DNA of 64,000 nt from an uncultured delta proteobacterium (GCA_963771465.1 CAVYTU010000014.1:448001-512000), one strand, 5' to 3'; shown: positions 52,996-63,395, counted from the first letter of the stretch. Numbers and translations are program-made. The notes: generated by a model not told the origin, from the letters alone.

Positions 52996-53790
52996 CTAAG
53001 ACTGATTAAACTTCGGCGGCCGCTTCCCGATAAACGCCCGGTAGCCTTCTTTAAAGTTCGGCGCTTGCATCAAGCGCGCTTGCTCACTCGCTTCCAGCTC
53101 CAGCGCTTGGACTAAATCCATATCAGCTTCACGCACTAGCAATTTCTTAGTCACCGCCAATGCATTCACTGGCCCATCTCTCAGCCGCCGCGCCAAGCCG
53201 TAAGTTTCGTCCGATAACTTTTCGTGTCCCACGACGCGGTTCGCCAGGCCGATGCGAAAACATTCTTGGGCGTCGATGGTATCGCCGGTAAAAAGCAATT
53301 CAGCCGCGCGTCCCTGACCGACGATCCGCGGCAGCAGGTAGCAGGCGCCCATGTCGGCGCCGGACAAACCGACCTTGGTGAAGAGAAAAGCGAACTTGGC
53401 GCGATCCGAAAGAAGACGAATATCGCTGGCCAGCGCCAATATCGTGCCCGCGCCGGCAGCGATGCCGTTCACCGCGGCGATGATCGGTTTTTTGAGACTG
53501 CGCATATTTTTTACCACATCGCAGGTGAGGCGGGTGAAACGAAGTTGCTCCTCGGCGTTCATCTCGATCAGCTTGCCGATGATGTCATGCACGCTGCCGC
53601 CGGAGCAAAATCCTTTGCCCGCGCCGGTGAGCACGACAACCCGAACGGCCGCATCATCGGCCAGCGCCGCAAACACCCGCTCTAACTCCGCATAGGTCTC
53701 GAACGTCAGCGCATTGAGCCGCTCGGGATCGTTCAAGCGAATCGTCGCGATGTTATCAGCGACTTCATAGATGAATGAATTGTAAACCAT
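52996..53790 (-). CDS. Enoyl-CoA hydratase/isomerase family protein
   Basis: FCSGG.V, KPIIAAVNG.AAGAG, F.KVGL...DMG. Confidence 0.9.
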   Translation of the reverse strand: MVYNSFIYEVADNIATIRLNDPERLNALTFETYAELERVFAALADDAAVRVVVLTGAGKGFCSGGSVHDIIGKLIEMNAEEQLRFTRLTCDVVKNMRSLKKPIIAAVNGIAAGAGTILALASDIRLLSDRAKFAFLFTKVGLSGADMGACYLLPRIVGQGRAAELLFTGDTIDAQECFRIGLANRVVGHEKLSDETYGLARRLRDGPVNALAVTKKLLVREADMDLVQALELEASEQARLMQAPNFKEGYRAFIGKRPPKFNQS

Positions 53791-53866
53791 CTTTAACTTC
53801 CCACGCTTGCCACGAACGCAAGGTGTCCGCAGCCTGCGAGATTTAATTTTGCCTTTTTAATTATCT

Positions 53867-54646
53867 TCACGCCATCACGGCGCCGCCATCGACGTTGATC
53901 GCCTGTCCGGTCATGCCGCTGAGTTTTTCCGATGCCATCAAAAGCGCCAATGAAGCGACTTCTTGCGGCTCGATCAGACGGTTCTGCGGCGCACTGGCGG
54001 CGAAGAGTTTAAGAATATCGTCAACGCTTTTGCCGGTGCTCTCTGCCATGACACGCGCGTTTTCGCGGGTCCGTTCGTCGTCGATGTAGCCGGGACAAAT
54101 CATATTGACGGTAACACCGAGGCGCGCGGTTTCGAGTGCTAGCGAACGCGTGAGTCCCAACAAGCCATGTTTTGACGCAGTGTAAGCCGTCACATGACGA
54201 TAACCTACCTTCGCCGTCGTCGAACCGATGCTGATGATGCGTCCCCATTTAGCTTGAACCATCGCCGGCAAAAATATTTTGCAGCAATTATAACTGCCGG
54301 TGAGGTTAGTCGCCAACGTGTCGTCCCACAAACCGTCGGGCATGTTGGCAAAACTCAGCGCGCGCGCGATGCCCGCGTTGTTGATGAGAATCTGCACGGC
54401 ACCCCAATGCCGCGCGATCTCGTCGGCTAAGCCTTTCACTTCCTCGCGCTGGGTAACGTCACAAGCGATTGCGCGGACTTGCGCGCCATTGCGGGCCAGT
54501 TCGTCAGCCGCCTTTTGCAAACTCTCACGGTTGCGCGCGCTGATCGCAACGCGGCAACTTTGTGCGGCAAATACCGCCGCTAGGGCGCGCCCGAGGCCGC
54601 CGCTACCGCCGGTGATCAAAACAATTTTTCCCAACCCGCTTGCCAT
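53867..54646 (-). CDS. Short-chain dehydrogenase/reductase
   Basis: TGGSGGLG, NNAG, YTASK, N.ICPG, VDGG. Confidence 0.92.
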   Translation of the reverse strand: MASGLGKIVLITGGSGGLGRALAAVFAAQSCRVAISARNRESLQKAADELARNGAQVRAIACDVTQREEVKGLADEIARHWGAVQILINNAGIARALSFANMPDGLWDDTLATNLTGSYNCCKIFLPAMVQAKWGRIISIGSTTAKVGYRHVTAYTASKHGLLGLTRSLALETARLGVTVNMICPGYIDDERTRENARVMAESTGKSVDDILKLFAASAPQNRLIEPQEVASLALLMASEKLSGMTGQAINVDGGAVMA

Positions 54647-54762
54647 AACGTGACAATAACACATCCGCTGTATGGATTTGCAATTACACGGGCGCCAGAC
54701 CGCTTGCTCTCGCTGTCGCTTTTCGATAGAGGGATGGCAGCTTAAAGCTCGGAGGTTTAGTC

Positions 54763-55836
54763 GTGAAGATAGCCGCGAGTATAATTGCCCTCTCACTTGG
54801 TACAATGCCGACGGCGCTGTGCGCTGAAGATCAAACGGCAAAAATTTTCCAACCGATCTGGCGCGACGCGCCGCCCGCCGCTGCCGAAACCGAGTTGGAC
54901 CGACTCAACCGCGCCTTCGTGCAACTCGCCAACGGCTCGCGGCCAGCCATCGTCCAGATTCGCGTCACGGGTCAGGAAACTAAAGGTGGTCAAAACGAAG
55001 CGTTGAGCAGCCGTGGTTCGGGATATTTCATCGATCCCCAGGGCTACATACTGACGGCCCAACATGTGATCGACAAAGCCAAGGATATCGAAGTTCGCCT
55101 CGCCGATGGACAGCGTTTGCCGGCGCGAGTGATCGCCGCCGACGGCCAGATCGACGTCGCGCTGTTGAAAATCAAAACCGAGAAAGAATTAACGGTGCTG
55201 TCCTTCGCCGATTCGGACGCGATCCGTGTTGGCGATCTCGCCCTGGTCTTTGGTTATCCGTTCGGCCGCGAAAGCTCGATGAACCTAGGCATCATCAGCC
55301 GCGCCGGCAGAACTTATCCGGATTCGGCGAGCTTTGATTTTATCCAGACCGATGCCGGCGCTTATGCCGGCGGCAGCGGCGGCCCGCTGCTCAATAGCCA
55401 AGGCCACGTCGTCGGCATGATCACCATGGCGTCGGAGCGCGGCAACATGGGCTTCGCCACGCCGATCAATTTAATTAAGAAAATCTTGCCACGCCTAATC
55501 AGCGGTGAAAAATTTGCCTGGGGTTGGTTAGGCGTACAGATGTCGGACATTTCCCTGGAGCAAGCGAAGACTCTCGGATTGCACTCCGTAAATGGTGTCG
55601 TCGTCAGCACGGTATTGCCGGGACAGCCGGCGGCCCGCAGCGGTCTGCAAAAGCAAGATGTGATTTTGTCGGTCAACGACAATTCCGTCGATAGCCCGCG
55701 CGACGTCGTGCGCATGGTTGGCGGGCTGGAGGCCGGCCGAGTCGTACAGCTCACGATCGTCCGCAAAGGCCAGACGATGCAGCTCTCGGTGCCGCTCGGC
55801 ATCAAACCGGACTCGGCAAAAGCGCGCGAAGGTTAG
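54763..55836 (+). CDS. HtrA/DegQ-like serine protease with one PDZ domain
   Basis: Signal peptide, GSGYFI, LTAQHV, DVALL, GGSGGPL, WLGV PDZ. Confidence 0.88.
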   Translation: MKIAASIIALSLGTMPTALCAEDQTAKIFQPIWRDAPPAAAETELDRLNRAFVQLANGSRPAIVQIRVTGQETKGGQNEALSSRGSGYFIDPQGYILTAQHVIDKAKDIEVRLADGQRLPARVIAADGQIDVALLKIKTEKELTVLSFADSDAIRVGDLALVFGYPFGRESSMNLGIISRAGRTYPDSASFDFIQTDAGAYAGGSGGPLLNSQGHVVGMITMASERGNMGFATPINLIKKILPRLISGEKFAWGWLGVQMSDISLEQAKTLGLHSVNGVVVSTVLPGQPAARSGLQKQDVILSVNDNSVDSPRDVVRMVGGLEAGRVVQLTIVRKGQTMQLSVPLGIKPDSAKAREG

Positions 55837-55874
55837 CAGAGACGACCCAAACTCAGGGAGAACGCATAACATCG

Positions 55875-56052
55875 TGTCGATCGAGGTGTGACCCTGTGGA
55901 ACGAAGGCACCAGCGCGATGGTTTGATTGTGTAGTCAGCGCTCGGCACGATGTTTGATGTTTTGCTGCTGATCTCTAAGCAGTTCGCCGCGCTTGCATCT
56001 TCAAGGCACAACGGCTTTGCCTTGGTTCCGGAAGGGTTGCGTCTCGATCGCA
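55875..56052 (+). ncRNA. Putative rod-shaped structured RNA (6S-like)
   Basis: 17-bp closing helix with four G-U pairs on the + strand, inner helices and a 17x16-nt bubble; no ORF. Confidence 0.5.
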
Positions 56053-56090
56053 GATTTAGTGCGAATAAGCCGGGCGATCGCCGCGCGCAC

Positions 56091-58538
56091 TCACCGATTG
56101 GCGTTGGTCTGATTACCTGCCGGGGCTAATTGTTTTTGCTGCTCGCTGAATAGTTTCAACTTTTGCTGCACCCGATCGTTGACCGAACCCTCCGGATAGC
56201 TGCTATCGCTATTTCGTGCGCCGGCGGCAATTCCAGTCAAAACCTCGATCCCTTCATCGATCGTGCTCACCGCATAGATGTGAAACTTGCCGGCGCGCAC
56301 GGCGGCGACGACATCGCCGCGCAGCATGAGATTGCGCACGTTGGCGCGCGGAATCATCACGCCCTGGCCCGCGCTGAAACCCTTGAGCCGGCAGACATCG
56401 TAGTGGCCTTCGATTTTGTAATTGACCCCGCCGATCGCCTGCACTTCGCCGTTTTGATTGACCGAACCGGTCACGGCGATGCCTTGCTTGATCGGTATGT
56501 CCGACAAGCTCGACAGGATTGCATATAACTCGGTCGACGACGCGCTGTCGCCGTCGACGCCATCGTAAGACTGTTCGAAGCAAACACTGCTCGATAACGA
56601 GAGCGGCGTTTGCTGGGCGTATTTGCCGCCTAAAAAGCCGCCGAGAATAAGCACGCCCTTGTCATGACTGTTACCGCTCATTTTCGATTCGCGCTCGATG
56701 TTGACTATACCGCCGCGTCCCATGAAAGTTTTTGCGGTAATGCGCGACGGCTTGCCGAAACTGAAATCGCCCAGCTGATAAACCGCCAAACCGTTGACCT
56801 GGCCGACCACCGCGCCGTCGACATCGACCAGCACGGTGCCCTCGGCGATCATCTCTTGTAAACGCTTTTCGATCAGATTGAGGCGAAAGGTCTTTTCCAC
56901 CAGCGCGCGCTCGACATGTTTACCCGATACCAGCTCGACGTTTTCTTTGCCGGCCCAGTAGTCCGATTCGATCAGTAAATCGACCATATCGCTGAAGCGC
57001 GTCGACAGTTTATTCTGATCCTCGACTTGGCGCGCGCATTGTTCGATGACCCGCGCCACGCCTTCGATGTCGAAATGGCGCAAGCCTTCGCGGTTACAAT
57101 AGTCGCTGATGAAGCAAGCGAACGCCGTGATATTTTCCTGGGAGCGGTCGATTTCAAAATTAAAATCCGCTTTGACTTTAAAAGTTTCGCGAAAATCGGG
57201 ATCGGCAGAAGCCAACGTTCGGTAGAGATAGGGACCGCCGATCATGATCACTTTGGTGTCGGTTGGAATCGCCTCGGGGCGAAGTCCCTGCGGCGGCACG
57301 AATCCGAAAAAAGCGCTCGGCTCTTCGATTCGCAGTTCGCGGTTTTTAATCACTCGCTGCAATGCTTCCCAGACACCGGCGTTGGACAGCACGTCGCGGT
57401 CGTAAAGAACCAGATAACCGCCGTTAGCCCGGCTGATCGATCCCGCTTTGATCAGGGTGAAGTCGGTGATATAGCCGCCGACGATCGGTTTCTTTTCGAT
57501 CACGCCGAATAGATTGTGGAAGGTGGGATTGGTTTCGACGATGATCGGTGCGCCCTGGGTGTCGCTATTATCGACGAAGACGTTCACACGATAGGGTTGA
57601 AACGGGTCGATGGACGGCTCGCCAAATTGCATTGCTCCCATCGGTCCGGTTGGCGGCGTCGCCTCGCCACCCTTGAAGCGCTGCAAATTTTTCAGAATGT
57701 GATCGCGCACGCCGTCGAGATAGCGGACTACCTTCGGGTGGTCCTGATATTTATCTTTTAACTCTGCAAGCGGAATGCGCACCAAATAATCCGCCGCTTG
57801 GGTTTCTACCACTTCCAGCTTGGCGGCGATCTCACGCTCCAGCTTTTTGCCTTCGCGCAGAGTGTCTTCGACTTTCTTTTCGAGCTCGCCGCGCTTTTCC
57901 TCCAGCTGTTTTTTCTCCGCCGCTGATAACGCCAGATAATCCGGCTCTTGCATCGGCTTGCCGTCCTTGGTCGGTAACAGCACGATGCCCGAAGGAGTCA
58001 TGCGCAGGGCAAAGCCATTTTGGCCCGCCTCCGCCATCAATCCTTCCATCATCTCTTGCTGGCGTTTTTGGATTTGTTCGACCGTTCCCTGGCGTTGGTG
58101 CGCATAGTCGTCGCTCTCGAACATTTTCTTCGCTTCGCGCTGTAAGTCTTGTACCAACTGCTCCATGTCCGATTTGAGCACCTTGCCCCAACCACGGCGG
58201 ATTTTCAGCGCCTGAGGACGATCGGCGTCGGCAAAGTTGTAGACGTAACACCAATCCTCGGGCGTGACCGCGTCGGCGCTCGGAACACCATGGGCGGTGA
58301 TGGCTTTTTTCAAGAACGCCTTGATGATACTGGTCTTGCCGGTGCCCGTCAGACCGGTAACGAAAATATTGAACCCTGGCTTGTTGACGCCGAGGCCAAA
58401 TTCGATGGCGCGAATGGCGCGGTCTTGTCCAATGAAGTCTTCGAGCGGCGTCATGTCCTTCGTGCACGTAAAAGGCAAGAAAGATAGATCACAGCGCCAA
58501 GTCAGTTGATCCGCCGGTATTTCACAATCGGTCGTCAT
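56091..58538 (-). CDS. Lon-like ATP-dependent protease (AAA + Lon_C)
   Basis: GLTGTGKT, ANGGYL, GQVNGL, DGDSAS (Ser), GGVNYKIEG (Lys). Confidence 0.9.
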   Translation of the reverse strand: MTTDCEIPADQLTWRCDLSFLPFTCTKDMTPLEDFIGQDRAIRAIEFGLGVNKPGFNIFVTGLTGTGKTSIIKAFLKKAITAHGVPSADAVTPEDWCYVYNFADADRPQALKIRRGWGKVLKSDMEQLVQDLQREAKKMFESDDYAHQRQGTVEQIQKRQQEMMEGLMAEAGQNGFALRMTPSGIVLLPTKDGKPMQEPDYLALSAAEKKQLEEKRGELEKKVEDTLREGKKLEREIAAKLEVVETQAADYLVRIPLAELKDKYQDHPKVVRYLDGVRDHILKNLQRFKGGEATPPTGPMGAMQFGEPSIDPFQPYRVNVFVDNSDTQGAPIIVETNPTFHNLFGVIEKKPIVGGYITDFTLIKAGSISRANGGYLVLYDRDVLSNAGVWEALQRVIKNRELRIEEPSAFFGFVPPQGLRPEAIPTDTKVIMIGGPYLYRTLASADPDFRETFKVKADFNFEIDRSQENITAFACFISDYCNREGLRHFDIEGVARVIEQCARQVEDQNKLSTRFSDMVDLLIESDYWAGKENVELVSGKHVERALVEKTFRLNLIEKRLQEMIAEGTVLVDVDGAVVGQVNGLAVYQLGDFSFGKPSRITAKTFMGRGGIVNIERESKMSGNSHDKGVLILGGFLGGKYAQQTPLSLSSSVCFEQSYDGVDGDSASSTELYAILSSLSDIPIKQGIAVTGSVNQNGEVQAIGGVNYKIEGHYDVCRLKGFSAGQGVMIPRANVRNLMLRGDVVAAVRAGKFHIYAVSTIDEGIEVLTGIAAGARNSDSSYPEGSVNDRVQQKLKLFSEQQKQLAPAGNQTNANR

Positions 58539-58661
58539 CTCGCTCTCCTCACAATCGTTGTTAGCGCAGAGAATAGGGACTCGGCTCCCGGTCGTCAACT
58601 CCCGGAACTAGCAGAAAACTTCTCTATTGAACCGCTCCATTCTACTCTCTATACTTCGTCG

Positions 58662-60083
58662 ATGAAGAGCCACGCGTCGGCGCATCGCTCCTGGCGGAAA
58701 AATTTTGCTTGGGTGATGCTCGTATGCTTCTGTTTGAATAGTTGCAGCTCGGTCATCGCGCCGATGCTGCCATCACTCGGTCCGCCCACGGAGGACGAAG
58801 AAACTAAAATCAGCCGCGAGTTTCGGCGCGAGGCGAAGAAGCATCTAAAATTCGTCAACAGCCCGGAAATCGAACGATTTGTCGACCGCATCGGCCGTCG
58901 TATTCTCTCCGCCGCTGGACCCCAAGTGTTTGACTACCGTTTTTTTGTCGTCGACGATGACCAGCTCAACGCTTTTGCAGTTCCCGGAGGCTCTGTTTAT
59001 CTCTTCAGCGGATTGATCGAACGCGCCAAGACCACCGACGAATTGGCCGGTGTGCTCGGCCACGAGATCGTCCATATCAAAGGACGCCATATGGCGCGCA
59101 ACTCCGGCCCCGATGCGATCTCTGTACTGAGTCTTCTCAGTATGGTTCTTTTGGCCCGCAGTGGCAGCGGCGCCCAGGCCGCGGGTATGGTTGGCCAAGG
59201 GATCGCCGCCGCCCGTCAGGCGTCCTATAGCCGAGGGTTAGAAATGGAATCCGATACCCTGGGCGCCAGATACATGGCGGCGGCTGGATATGATCCCAAA
59301 GGTGTCATCGGTTTTCTCAAGACTCTCGATCAAGAAAGAGCGCTTAATCCCATCGAGGTCCCGGCTTATGTGATGAGCCATCCGGTGACTCAAGAGCGCG
59401 TCGCCAACGCGGAACTCGTCGTCAAGTCGCTGGGCGCTACCAATATCCGGCCCGATGATCTCGACACTTTGAAGAAAGTGCAAATCATTATCCGCATGGA
59501 GCGGGCCAATCGCGACACCGTGGTCAGTGATTACGCCAAACAAGTGCAACAACATCCGGCTGACCCTGAACTGCTACACTTGCTTGCCTTTGCCCAGCAG
59601 TTGAAAGGCGATTTGCCAGCGGCCAAACGCAACTACGAGCAGGCGCGCAAGCTAAACCCCAATCATCCGGGCCGCCAGAGGGATCTCGGCCGATTTTACA
59701 CCCAGACCGAAGATTATCCGGCGGCGCGGGCCGCATATGACCAAGCGCTGGTGTTAGAGCCCAACGAACCGCTAACTTACTTTTATATGGGCGAGATGCT
59801 GGAGAAGTCCGGTGACCTGCGCAGCGCGGCGGGCGCGTATTTAAATGCGAATAATCTCGCGCCGCTTTGGTACCGCCCGCCGCAACGACTCGGCTTTGTG
59901 TACAGTAAACTTGACCGGCTCGGCGATGGTTACTACTATCTTGGCCGATCTTACTTGTTGCAAGATGAAGATGAACGAGCGATCACCGAGTTTGAGCGTG
60001 CACTCAAGATCAGCGGCACCACCACGCCCCGGGGACAAGTGATCGCCGAAGAACTCAAAGTTCTAAAAAACCGAAAGAAGTAG
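58662..60083 (+). CDS. M48 metalloprotease with TPRs (BepA-like)
   Basis: NAFAVPGG, HEIVH, E.ESD, SHP...R, C-terminal TPRs, lipoprotein-like N-terminus. Confidence 0.88.
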   Translation: MKSHASAHRSWRKNFAWVMLVCFCLNSCSSVIAPMLPSLGPPTEDEETKISREFRREAKKHLKFVNSPEIERFVDRIGRRILSAAGPQVFDYRFFVVDDDQLNAFAVPGGSVYLFSGLIERAKTTDELAGVLGHEIVHIKGRHMARNSGPDAISVLSLLSMVLLARSGSGAQAAGMVGQGIAAARQASYSRGLEMESDTLGARYMAAAGYDPKGVIGFLKTLDQERALNPIEVPAYVMSHPVTQERVANAELVVKSLGATNIRPDDLDTLKKVQIIIRMERANRDTVVSDYAKQVQQHPADPELLHLLAFAQQLKGDLPAAKRNYEQARKLNPNHPGRQRDLGRFYTQTEDYPAARAAYDQALVLEPNEPLTYFYMGEMLEKSGDLRSAAGAYLNANNLAPLWYRPPQRLGFVYSKLDRLGDGYYYLGRSYLLQDEDERAITEFERALKISGTTTPRGQVIAEELKVLKNRKK

Positions 60084-60085
60084 CG

Positions 60086-60463
60086 CTATTGGCTCCCCGC
60101 CATAGCGGCGAAGGATACAACTGGTTGGCGTTCCGCTTTGAAATAACGGTTTTCCCGTCTGAGTAACGATTCTCGCATATAGGCCGGGTCAAAACCCAAC
60201 AGTTCGCAGATGTTGGTGAAGGAGTATAGCCAATCCGTGCTGGTGGTGTCCTCGACCCATTCAATGGCGTTTTCATAGTTAATTCGGCCGGGACCACTGC
60301 GGGCGTCGCGGTATTTTTCTAAACACTCAACGGCGTCCTTTAGAATGGCGATCATCAGCCGCTTTTCCCCTTCAAGCTTGCGTGACAAACCCCCCGAGCC
60401 ATAAAACTGCGATGGCAGAAAAATATCCGGTTCGAGAATCCTTGCTAGAAAATCATCGTACAT
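60086..60463 (-). CDS. Uncharacterised family protein (paralogue of 16670-17095)
   Basis: EPDIFLPSQF...GEKRLMIAILKDAV...W......DWLYSFTNICELLGFDPAYMR; GAGGAG RBS. Confidence 0.8.
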   Translation of the reverse strand: MYDDFLARILEPDIFLPSQFYGSGGLSRKLEGEKRLMIAILKDAVECLEKYRDARSGPGRINYENAIEWVEDTTSTDWLYSFTNICELLGFDPAYMRESLLRRENRYFKAERQPVVSFAAMAGSQ

Positions 60464-60763
60464 TAGCGAACCTACTCCTCGTTAATTTGAATCGAATTCT
60501 ATACCACACGGCCTAGTGCTGGGCAAGAAAAAAATCTCTCCTGTGTAGTAGCAAAGTGAATCTGACCGAAAAAATCCCCAACTTATAGACAAAGTCGAGG
60601 CAGCAGAATGGCTAATGATTGTTTGAAACCGGCCAAGTTTTGGCAAAAACCGAAGATCGAGGAACGGAGAGAGTAGACGTCAGAACCCGCTAGTCAAGAT
60701 GAAGACCGAGGTCGGTCGTCCATTCAAGACTAGCGGGCGCGTCTATGAGAACTGGCAGATTGA

Positions 60764-61474
60764 TTAGATGCCGTCCATCAAACCGGCTAGTTTGGTTTTG
60801 GCGACGTTGTGATCCCAAACTTTTTGCACCACTGAATCTTTGCGTCGCCCTTTCATCACCCGCTGAGTTTCGTCTTCGTTGTAAACCAGCACCGGACCGA
60901 GCAATGACGCCTTATAGAACCGCGCCGCAGCTTCTTCCAAATCAACACAGGCGGCAAAAACCCATTCAATTGTTTGTGCGACGACGAGAGAACCGTGGCC
61001 GCGCAACATCAACGCATCGGCCTTGCCGAGCGCCTGCGCCACCGCATCCCCTTGCTCAATAGTATGAATCAGCGCCGGGTCCATGTACTTGGGTAAGGCG
61101 CCGGGGCCAAAGAAGGCGCCCGGGTTGGAGGACGCCGGGAAAAACGGCTTATCGACCATACTCAAGGTCGCTACCATGTGATTATGCAGATGCGCCACAC
61201 TGTGCACGTCGCTGCGCGCTTTGTAGGCGCGCGCATGCATGAACACTTCCGACGGCGCTTTGTATTTGCCTTCGATCACCTTGCCGTCGAAGTCTGTTAC
61301 GACCATATCGTCGGCTTTGACCGTCGCGCGGCTGACCGGGTGCGGCAGGATTAACAGATGATCGGAACCCGGGATGCGCACGCTGATATGTCCGCTATAA
61401 TCAACCAGCCCGGAGTTGAATAACATACGCGACGACATCGCCAGGATCTTTTTGAGTTCGCTAAGTTCGGCCAT
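60764..61474 (-). CDS. Class II aldolase/adducin family protein
   Basis: GHISVR, PSEVFMH, V.H.H, LRGHG. Confidence 0.9.
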   Translation of the reverse strand: MAELSELKKILAMSSRMLFNSGLVDYSGHISVRIPGSDHLLILPHPVSRATVKADDMVVTDFDGKVIEGKYKAPSEVFMHARAYKARSDVHSVAHLHNHMVATLSMVDKPFFPASSNPGAFFGPGALPKYMDPALIHTIEQGDAVAQALGKADALMLRGHGSLVVAQTIEWVFAACVDLEEAAARFYKASLLGPVLVYNEDETQRVMKGRRKDSVVQKVWDHNVAKTKLAGLMDGI

Positions 61475-61607
61475 GGAAAATCTCCCTCCATCATCGTTAC
61501 TGAAAAATTCCGGCCATCATATACACTGAAACGGCTAAGTCGCAACTTGACTCTTGTCAGGAACACCGTGAAATAGACTTAATCATAAGCAATCGAAAGG
61601 ACAGCCA

Positions 61608-63395
61608 ATGGCGAACAATAGTGCCGAAGGAATCCGCTGGGACTTAAGTGATCTTTTCACAGCCCACGACGACGCGCGCATTGAGAAAACCCTGACTGAT
61701 TGCCGCTTGCAGGCGGAAAGGTTCGCCGAGCGTTTCCGTGCGGCGATGGAAAACCCGCAAACCCTCGCCGCCGACACGCTGCTCCATGCGCTCAATGATC
61801 TGGAAATCATCTATGAGGCGCTAGGCCGAGTTGGCAGCTACGCCGGTCTGCTTTACGCCGCAGACACGGCGAAGCCGGAGCATCAAGACCTGGAACAACA
61901 AGTTGAGCAACGCAGCACGGAAATTAGAAATCTGCTGCTATTCTTCGAACTCGCATGGCTCACAGTCGAGGATGAAATTGCCAACAGGCTCATCAGCGAT
62001 CCGCAGCTCGAATCCTATCGCCATTATCTTGTCAGCTTGCGCCGCTATCGCCCGCACACGCTCTCGGAGCTCGAAGAAAAACTCATCAACGAAAAAGACA
62101 ACACCGGACGCAACGCTTTCGGCCGGCTGTTCTCGGAGATGACATCATCGCTGACGTTCCAGATCGAAAGAGATGGTAAATCGGAAGAGCTGAATCTGAG
62201 CCAGACTCTTTCGCTGCTGCACGAGCCGGATCGAAGTCTGCGGCAAAGAGCGATGGACACACTCTACCAAGGGCTGTCCCAACACGGGCAAGTCCTGACG
62301 TTCATCTACGACACGCTGATCCAAGACAACCTGACCACGGACCGATTGCGTCACTATCCGCATCCCATGGCGCCGCGCCACCTGTCCAATGAGATCGACG
62401 GTGACGCCGTGAAGACAATGATGGTAGTGGCCGAGGCGAATTACGGTTTGGCGCAAGACTACTTCCGATTGAAAGCCAGGCTTCTCGAACTTCCAAAACT
62501 CGCGCTTTACGATCAGTACGCGCCGGTCGGCAAAGAAGCGAAAACTTTTCCGTACGCACAAGCCAAAGAAGTCATCCTCAACGCGTTCGGCGCTTTCGAA
62601 CCGAGCTTTCGCCAACTCGCGTCCGAGTTTTTTGCGAAAAATTGGATTGACGCCGAAATCCGCAAGGGCAAACGCGGCGGCGCCTTTTGTGCCTCGCCGT
62701 CACCACAGCTGCATCCCTATATTCTCTGCAACTACGACGACAACCTACGCGACGTCATGACCGTCGCCCACGAACTAGGTCACGGGCTGCACGGTTGTCT
62801 CAGCCGCAAGCAAAACTATTTCAATTACGACACACCGCTCACGACAGCGGAAACCGCGTCGGTCTTCGCTGAAATGCTGGTTTTCGATTACTTGCTCGGG
62901 CAACAAACCGATCCGCAGGTACAGATAGCGCTGCTCGCCGGCAAGATCGAAGACATTTTCGCCACCGTCTTTCGCCAAAACGTGCTGACTCGCTTCGAAG
63001 AACTAGCCTTCGCCGCCAGAAAAGAAAAACGGCTGACGCCCGACGCGCTGGGCAAACTCTGGCTCGACGCAAACGGCAAATACTACGGCGACGCCGTCGA
63101 CATGCCGGAAGGTTATAAATGGGGCTGGTCATACATTCCCCACTTCATCCACTCCCGCTTTTACTGTTACAGCTACGTCTTCGGCCAACTCTTGGTTCTC
63201 GCCTTGTATCGAATGTACAAAGACCAAGGCAAAAGCTTCGTGCCAAAGTATATCGCTTTGCTAGAAGCCGGAGGCTCGGACACGCCGGATGCGCTGCTCA
63301 AACCGCTCGGCGTGGATATTCACAAAGCGGAGTTTTGGCAGAAAGGGTTTGAAGAGATTCGCACTCTAACAACGAAATTGACTGAACTTATCTAG
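61608..63395 (+). CDS. pepF: Oligoendopeptidase F (M3)
   Basis: WDLSDLF, GKRGGAFC, HELGH, AETAS, W..IPHF...FY.YSY. Confidence 0.92.
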   Translation: MANNSAEGIRWDLSDLFTAHDDARIEKTLTDCRLQAERFAERFRAAMENPQTLAADTLLHALNDLEIIYEALGRVGSYAGLLYAADTAKPEHQDLEQQVEQRSTEIRNLLLFFELAWLTVEDEIANRLISDPQLESYRHYLVSLRRYRPHTLSELEEKLINEKDNTGRNAFGRLFSEMTSSLTFQIERDGKSEELNLSQTLSLLHEPDRSLRQRAMDTLYQGLSQHGQVLTFIYDTLIQDNLTTDRLRHYPHPMAPRHLSNEIDGDAVKTMMVVAEANYGLAQDYFRLKARLLELPKLALYDQYAPVGKEAKTFPYAQAKEVILNAFGAFEPSFRQLASEFFAKNWIDAEIRKGKRGGAFCASPSPQLHPYILCNYDDNLRDVMTVAHELGHGLHGCLSRKQNYFNYDTPLTTAETASVFAEMLVFDYLLGQQTDPQVQIALLAGKIEDIFATVFRQNVLTRFEELAFAARKEKRLTPDALGKLWLDANGKYYGDAVDMPEGYKWGWSYIPHFIHSRFYCYSYVFGQLLVLALYRMYKDQGKSFVPKYIALLEAGGSDTPDALLKPLGVDIHKAEFWQKGFEEIRTLTTKLTELI

